Assembly: GCA_964518475.1 (NCBI GenBank)
Contig: CAZFGR010000004.1
Span: 1-64,000 of the forward strand
Source of the DNA: an uncultured Nitrososphaerota archaeon
GTDB lineage: Archaea; Asgardarchaeota; Njordarchaeia; Njordarchaeales; Njordarchaeaceae
Direction: 5' to 3'
Length of the DNA stretch: 64,000 bases
Shown: positions 59,445 to 64,000 of the stretch, piece by piece
How the letters are laid out: every line of letters starts with the position of its first letter
Position numbering within the stretch: the first letter of the stretch is position 1
Made by a program: the position numbers and the translations under genes
Notes under the pieces: generated by a model
What the model was told of the DNA's origin: nothing
The model's database searches: none
Seen by the model: the letters and a program-made list of their open reading frames with translations, nothing else

Positions 59445-60581
59445 TCAGACCGCATAGAGGTGGTCGCTCCAAGCTTTAGGTGCTGTCCTAACATACTTTA
59501 GGATAGCTATCAATCCATCAACTATTATCGCTATAATTGCCACAATGATGATTATTTTCGCCAGCGGCAAGTATTCTTGAGGTATCGTTATTATTACCCC
59601 ATACCTTAAAAGATCAAAGTAGCCTTTCACGAGGTACTCCGTAGGAATTATGATAAGTTGTATCTGTTCGGTGAATATAGCTGCGATTAATAACCAGGGA
59701 AGAAACATGAAACCTAAAACAGACTTTACTGTGTCAGCGAGATAACTTCGAGTCTCAGTATATTTCTCGTAAAAGTACTCCACTAAGTCAATTACCGCTA
59801 TGAGAATAAGATAAGTTGAGAGAATGTACAAAAAGAACTTCATTAACTGGTTAAATGGCAGAATACTTACCATAAATATCATGTACGCTATGAAAAGCGC
59901 TACGAATGACTTGAAGACAAGTAATATCGAAGGAGAATAAGCAATTGCTCTAGGGAACGGTTGTAGGTATTCGATCTCCTCAAACCTTTTTGGTCTCTCA
60001 GTAACTTCTCTAGGCTTTGCTATCCTAACCTCTGTGCGCTTTTTAGCTCTTTCCACTTCTCTCCTTATCTCTAATCCAAGATCCTTCATTATCTTCAAAA
60101 AACCTTTCTTAAGATCTGGGTTACTTGAAACGATAGACATCAATACGTATAGACCAAGAATTATGAATGTTATTGATAAAAGCATCTCAGCAAAGATCAT
60201 TGCTACATCCAATAAAGCAGCTGCGCTGCCATGATACGCATAACTGATAATTTTTAACGTATATCCGATAATAACAAATATCACTACCCAGGAGACAATC
60301 TTTATGAAGTAGGGGTAAAGATCGTCACTAATTCCTAGCTCAAATACTAGTTTTTCCTTCTTTCCTCCAACAACATATTTGCTAGCTAATTCCCTTGGAT
60401 CACCGAGATCTCTGAGGACTCTATATACATTCCTGACAGTTAATCCTCCCAATTCCATAGCCTTATCAATAATATGCGTCCTCAATTCTGCGACAACGTC
60501 CTCAGCGATGTCTTCCGGCAAGTATCTCTTTACTTCATCTAGGTATTCATCTATGAGCTCCATGGCCTCCTTCTCACTCAC
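59445..60581 (-). CDS. HAAS/DUF1700-type membrane protein (PadR partner)
   Basis: IDEYLDEVKRYLP...ELRTHI...LGDPRELA..Y, then TM helices. Confidence 0.8.
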   Translation of the reverse strand: MSEKEAMELIDEYLDEVKRYLPEDIAEDVVAELRTHIIDKAMELGGLTVRNVYRVLRDLGDPRELASKYVVGGKKEKLVFELGISDDLYPYFIKIVSWVVIFVIIGYTLKIISYAYHGSAAALLDVAMIFAEMLLSITFIILGLYVLMSIVSSNPDLKKGFLKIMKDLGLEIRREVERAKKRTEVRIAKPREVTERPKRFEEIEYLQPFPRAIAYSPSILLVFKSFVALFIAYMIFMVSILPFNQLMKFFLYILSTYLILIAVIDLVEYFYEKYTETRSYLADTVKSVLGFMFLPWLLIAAIFTEQIQLIIIPTEYLVKGYFDLLRYGVIITIPQEYLPLAKIIIIVAIIAIIVDGLIAILKYVRTAPKAWSDHLYAV

Positions 60582-60927
60582 CTTCCTTCACCTCCACGAT
60601 ATTATTAACTATTGAGGATAGTTTCTTCCAGAAACTTCTCATCTCAGCAAAAACTTGGAGACCCAAGGACGTGATTTTGTAGTATTTTCTTGCCTTATCG
60701 TGAACAATCTTCCATTCACCCCTGATATAGCCCTTGCCCTCAAGCCTCCTTAGCAAAGGATACAGAGTTCCCTCCTCAATCGTTAAGAACCCACTACTCA
60801 ATTGCTTGATCGTTTTTGAGATTTCGTAACCATACATCTCCTTCTTAGATAAAAGTGCGAGGATGCACATCTCGACGATCCCTCTTTTTATCTCCGTTTT
60901 CCAAGTATCAATGTCAACGTCATCCAT
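60574..60927 (-). CDS. PadR-family transcriptional regulator
   Basis: ILALL...MYGYEI, EGTLYPLLRRLE..G, RKYYKIT..G; ATG 60927 follows a GGAGGT RBS. Confidence 0.93.
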   Translation of the reverse strand: MDDVDIDTWKTEIKRGIVEMCILALLSKKEMYGYEISKTIKQLSSGFLTIEEGTLYPLLRRLEGKGYIRGEWKIVHDKARKYYKITSLGLQVFAEMRSFWKKLSSIVNNIVEVKEGE

Positions 60928-60948
60928 AATATACCTCCAAAAATATAC

Positions 60949-60990
60949 ATACCTTGCCATACAAGGTATATTGTCACAATAGGTATTTAA
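60949..60990 (-). promoter_or_regulatory. padR promoter with tandem inverted-repeat operator
   Basis: ATACCTTG-N5-CAAGGTAT (60949-60969), an imperfect second copy 17 bp away (60966-60986), and adjacent minus-strand TATA TTAAATA (60990-60984). Confidence 0.65.
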
Positions 60991-61212
60991 GTTTTACATG
61001 AGATTGAATGATTATTTGTGAAAAACGGAACAGCCTTTTCTATTCTGTACCAAGAATAAACCAGAACTTTCTATTCCTTGTTAAAGCAAATATCGGTTTC
61101 TTAGATGGTTTTCTAGGTAATATTTCCAGAATCGATAGACCTTGAAGAACACTGTCATTGAAATATTTCCGAAAAACAGTTAGAGAAAATAATTTATGAA
61201 GAAAAGTTTTTA

Positions 61213-63117
61213 TTGCGTATTAATTTAGTGTATTTTGCCGCATTCTCTAAGAATAAATCTAGGAAGGATGATAATATGCGTTTAGAACCAAATAAGGAAG
61301 AGTCAAGGAAGAGCAAATTCTTCGAATTTAGCACAAGAACACTAGTTCTATACGTAACTGTGATCTCCCTAGCAATATTTCTGCATGTAAGGAGCGTGGG
61401 AGCTCAAGCACCTGTAACAATAACACCACTACAAGCCCTAGCAATAACAATCTATGCTTTCCTCTGCGGACTCGATTATATATGGGTGACGCCCACTGGT
61501 ATATGGCGACCAACCATAGCAGGGACAGTCACTGGTATCATTATAGGCCAACCTCTCTTAGGACTAATTGCTGGATCATTAATCGAGTTCACATTCCTAG
61601 GTCTATTCACAATAGGAGGCGGAACGGTACCAGAGGCAGCCTCTGGAACAATAGTAGCTGTTCTTCTAGGAGCAATAATTGGCGTAGCAGCTACACCCGA
61701 GGAAGCTGCAGCCTTAGTGCCTCTGGCGTGGCCAGTAGCAGCCCTAACAATGAACATTGAGATCTTAGTTAGAGCAGGCGATGCCTTCTTCACTCACTGG
61801 GCTGACGCCGAAATCGCAAAGGGCAATTTCGACAAGATTGGAATTATTAATATCATAGGAGCTATTCCATGGGCTTTGAGTAGAGCTATCCCAGTAGGTG
61901 TTTTCGCTTTCCTTGGAGCGACGCCGGAAGTAGCCGAAACAATTAGAAAGGCGATTCTTAGCCCAGCTATCCAACCATTCTGGAACGCAATGGCTGTAGC
62001 TGGATGGTGGATGCCAGCTTTGGGAGTCGCACTTTTGCTGAGAATGTTCTATAGAACAGAGTACTTGCCATTCTTCCTATGGGGCTTCGCCTTGGTAGCC
62101 TACTTTAACTTATCATTGATCGCGGTTGCTATCTTCTCAGTAATCCTAGTAGGTGCTATCTACGTTGCTAGATGGATTATCCAGTTTGGCGAATTAAAGT
62201 TTGAGGCTCCAGAGGAAGCTGGTGGCGAGCGAGTCATAACGAGGGGAGATCTTGTCAAAGCATTCTGGTTATCATGGTTCATTCAGAGCTCTTGGAACTA
62301 TGAGCGAATGATGGGTACTGGTTTTGCTCATGGTATGCTACCAATAGAGAAGAAACTGAGGAAGACACCAGAGGAGCTCAAGGAATGGTTAACGATGCAC
62401 TCAGAATTCTATAACACAGAGCCGCACCTCCACAACATAATTCTCGGAATGGTCATTGCTATGGAGGAGAGAGGTTCTGACATAGAGACGATAAGAGCTA
62501 TAAAGACAGCGTTAATGGGTCCATTCGCTGGACTGGGAGACTCCGTGATGTGGTTTACTTTGCTCCCAATAGCTTTCGCTATAGGTGCTAGCTTGGGTGC
62601 TCAAGGAAACTTCCTAGGTCCTATCATAGCTCTCCTCATATGGATCCCAGTATCATGGGCTGTCAAGTACTACTCCTTAATTGTTGGATATAGGTACGGA
62701 GATAGATTAGCTGCAGTTCTTCACGGAGATGTTCTGAAATTCTTCAGAGATGCTATAGCGGCGTTCGCCGTAGCAATGATGGGTGGCATTGGAGCTTCTT
62801 ATGTGACACCGCCTGGTAGCGTTAAGGTAACTCTAGAGATCTATGGAGTGAGTATTCAGTCGGTTATGGACATGATTCTTCCAAGACTATTAGCCTTGCT
62901 AATAGTGCTATACGCGTACTGGATCGTGAAGAGAGGAGTTCCACTAAGCCTAACTGTTACTGCATTGTTCTTCACTGGAGTAGGTCTAGCGTTGTGGAAC
63001 GTTATCGGTCCAGCAGCAGCTACGTTCCAGTTACCGAGCCTAGGATACTTCATACTAGGTTTAATCTTCCTAATCTTGGCAGCAATAATCGTTATCTTCG
63101 GTGCTAGGGAGAAATAA
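61213..63117 (+). CDS. PTS mannose-family EIIC-EIID fusion (likely start GTG 61396)
   Basis: EIIC: WRPTIAG.VTG..IG...GL..G..IE..FLG..TIGG..VPE; EIID: LVKAFW...IQSSWNYERM, FYNTEP, KTALMGPFAGLGDS; one open frame; AAGGAG before GTG 61396. Confidence 0.92.
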   Translation: MRINLVYFAAFSKNKSRKDDNMRLEPNKEESRKSKFFEFSTRTLVLYVTVISLAIFLHVRSVGAQAPVTITPLQALAITIYAFLCGLDYIWVTPTGIWRPTIAGTVTGIIIGQPLLGLIAGSLIEFTFLGLFTIGGGTVPEAASGTIVAVLLGAIIGVAATPEEAAALVPLAWPVAALTMNIEILVRAGDAFFTHWADAEIAKGNFDKIGIINIIGAIPWALSRAIPVGVFAFLGATPEVAETIRKAILSPAIQPFWNAMAVAGWWMPALGVALLLRMFYRTEYLPFFLWGFALVAYFNLSLIAVAIFSVILVGAIYVARWIIQFGELKFEAPEEAGGERVITRGDLVKAFWLSWFIQSSWNYERMMGTGFAHGMLPIEKKLRKTPEELKEWLTMHSEFYNTEPHLHNIILGMVIAMEERGSDIETIRAIKTALMGPFAGLGDSVMWFTLLPIAFAIGASLGAQGNFLGPIIALLIWIPVSWAVKYYSLIVGYRYGDRLAAVLHGDVLKFFRDAIAAFAVAMMGGIGASYVTPPGSVKVTLEIYGVSIQSVMDMILPRLLALLIVLYAYWIVKRGVPLSLTVTALFFTGVGLALWNVIGPAAATFQLPSLGYFILGLIFLILAAIIVIFGAREK

Positions 63118-63165
63118 AGGCCTTGTTTCCTTTTACTAAGGCTTTTTTTATTTTTTAATTTTTAT
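63118..63165 (+). terminator. Possible T-rich terminator between EIICD and EIIB
   Basis: GCCTT...AAGGC short stem followed by T7, T6 and T6 runs. Confidence 0.3.
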
Positions 63166-63253
63166 AAGATATGAACGAAAAAATCTAATAACTCTTTTTT
63201 GTACTTTTTCTTTTCATGGAAATTCTAAAAGATAGTTATGGAAGGGATCGGTC

Positions 63254-63757
63254 TTGGAGATTGCTTTATTGAGAGTTGATGATAGATATGTGCATGGCCA
63301 GGTTACGGCTGCTTGGGTAAGGGTCGCTAATGCTAATGTTATATGGGTTGTTAATGACGCTGTAGCTAAGAACCCCGTGATAAAACAGTTACAGACGTCT
63401 TTAGCGCCTCCGGGAACTGTTGTGGAGGTCTATACTATTGAAGAAGCGATAAAGAAACTCCAAGAGGAACAAGGTAAAAGCGATGGTAGAAGAGTGCTCG
63501 TATTAGTAGCTAATTGTGTTGATGCTTTAAAACTGGTTGAGGGAGGGGCAAAGGTAGACTCTATTAATCTGGGCCAAATGGCTTGGAGGCAGGGAAGGAC
63601 TCAGATTGCGAAAACGGTATCAGTGTCTCCAGAGGATGTCGAAGCTATCAAAAAACTTGTTGAGAAAGGTATTAAGGTATGGTATCAGCAACTTCCTGAC
63701 TTCCCTACGAAGCCTCAGGATGTTGTAAAAATGTTACAGGAAAAAAATCTTTGGTAG
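63254..63757 (+). CDS. PTS mannose-family EIIB
   Basis: LLRVDDRYVHGQV...W (phospho-His), VVNDAVA, INLG.M. Confidence 0.93.
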   Translation: MEIALLRVDDRYVHGQVTAAWVRVANANVIWVVNDAVAKNPVIKQLQTSLAPPGTVVEVYTIEEAIKKLQEEQGKSDGRRVLVLVANCVDALKLVEGGAKVDSINLGQMAWRQGRTQIAKTVSVSPEDVEAIKKLVEKGIKVWYQQLPDFPTKPQDVVKMLQEKNLW

Positions 63758-63772
63758 TGAGTGGTGTATGAT

Positions 63773-64000
63773 TTGAACAAAATTGGTTTTGGTTTAGTAG
63801 GAGCTGGTGGAATCGGTTTTGTCCATGCTTGGGCTACTAGAGTAGCCCCCTTCTCGTTTAGTGATTTAGATCCTAGACAGATCGAGCTAGTAGGTGTTTA
63901 TAATAGGACGTTATCGAAGGCTGAGAATCTTGCGAAGAGATTTGGCTTCAGATACGCTACAGATGAGTTAGAGAAAATACTTAATGATCCCGAAATAAAT
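63773..64000 (+). CDS. Gfo/Idh/MocA oxidoreductase, N-terminal part (runs off the window)
   Basis: (M)NKIGFGLVGAGGIGFVHA...LVGVYNRT..KAE.LA..FG......LE.IL.DPEI; absent from the ORF track because it is truncated. Confidence 0.85.
   Translation, partial: MNKIGFGLVGAGGIGFVHAWATRVAPFSFSDLDPRQIELVGVYNRTLSKAENLAKRFGFRYATDELEKILNDPEIN

Noticed and set aside
61213-61395. N-terminal 61 aa of the EIICD ORF
   Set aside because: Probably upstream of the true start (GTG 61396 with RBS), though one hydrophobic stretch means a leader cannot be excluded.
1-64000. CRISPR arrays, tRNA, rRNA, prophage
   Set aside because: No regularly spaced repeats, cloverleaf or rRNA-like GC-rich tracts, integrase or virion genes were recognised by eye.

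Overview
Gene-dense, AT-rich chromosomal window from an archaeon, most likely a thermophilic, peptide- and sugar-using TACK- or Asgard-affiliated lineage. This assignment is inferred from an Hjc-type resolvase, a KaiC/RAD55 ATPase, HEPN-MNT and AbrB-VapC modules, a box C/D guide RNA and BRE/TATA promoters. Contents in order: the right end of an IS5/IS903-group element; a split dpp/opp peptide ABC system whose binding protein looks circularly permuted; a convergent FtsX/MacB permease and ATPase; housekeeping enzymes (acyP, Hps-RraA, panE, nagA, cdd, menA, CBS-PPase, gyaR, heme O synthase); a 2008-aa surface-anchored C25/gingipain protease on a long repeat stalk; a decaying accessory patch with several pseudogenes; and a mannose-family PTS (EIIA, fused EIIC-EIID, EIIB), which is rare in archaea. 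The most interesting candidates are: a longin-like plus DUF3227-like fusion directly upstream of a two-domain KaiC-like ATPase (possible new signalling module); a small ORF with a ubiquitin-like pattern and no diglycine tail; the archaeal PTS with its EIIC-EIID fusion and a SixA phosphohistidine phosphatase paired with nagA; an unannotated C/D sRNA; and a deletion scar of a divergent cop locus. All domain calls are by-eye motif recognition, not database searches. No CRISPR array, tRNA or rRNA was recognised.
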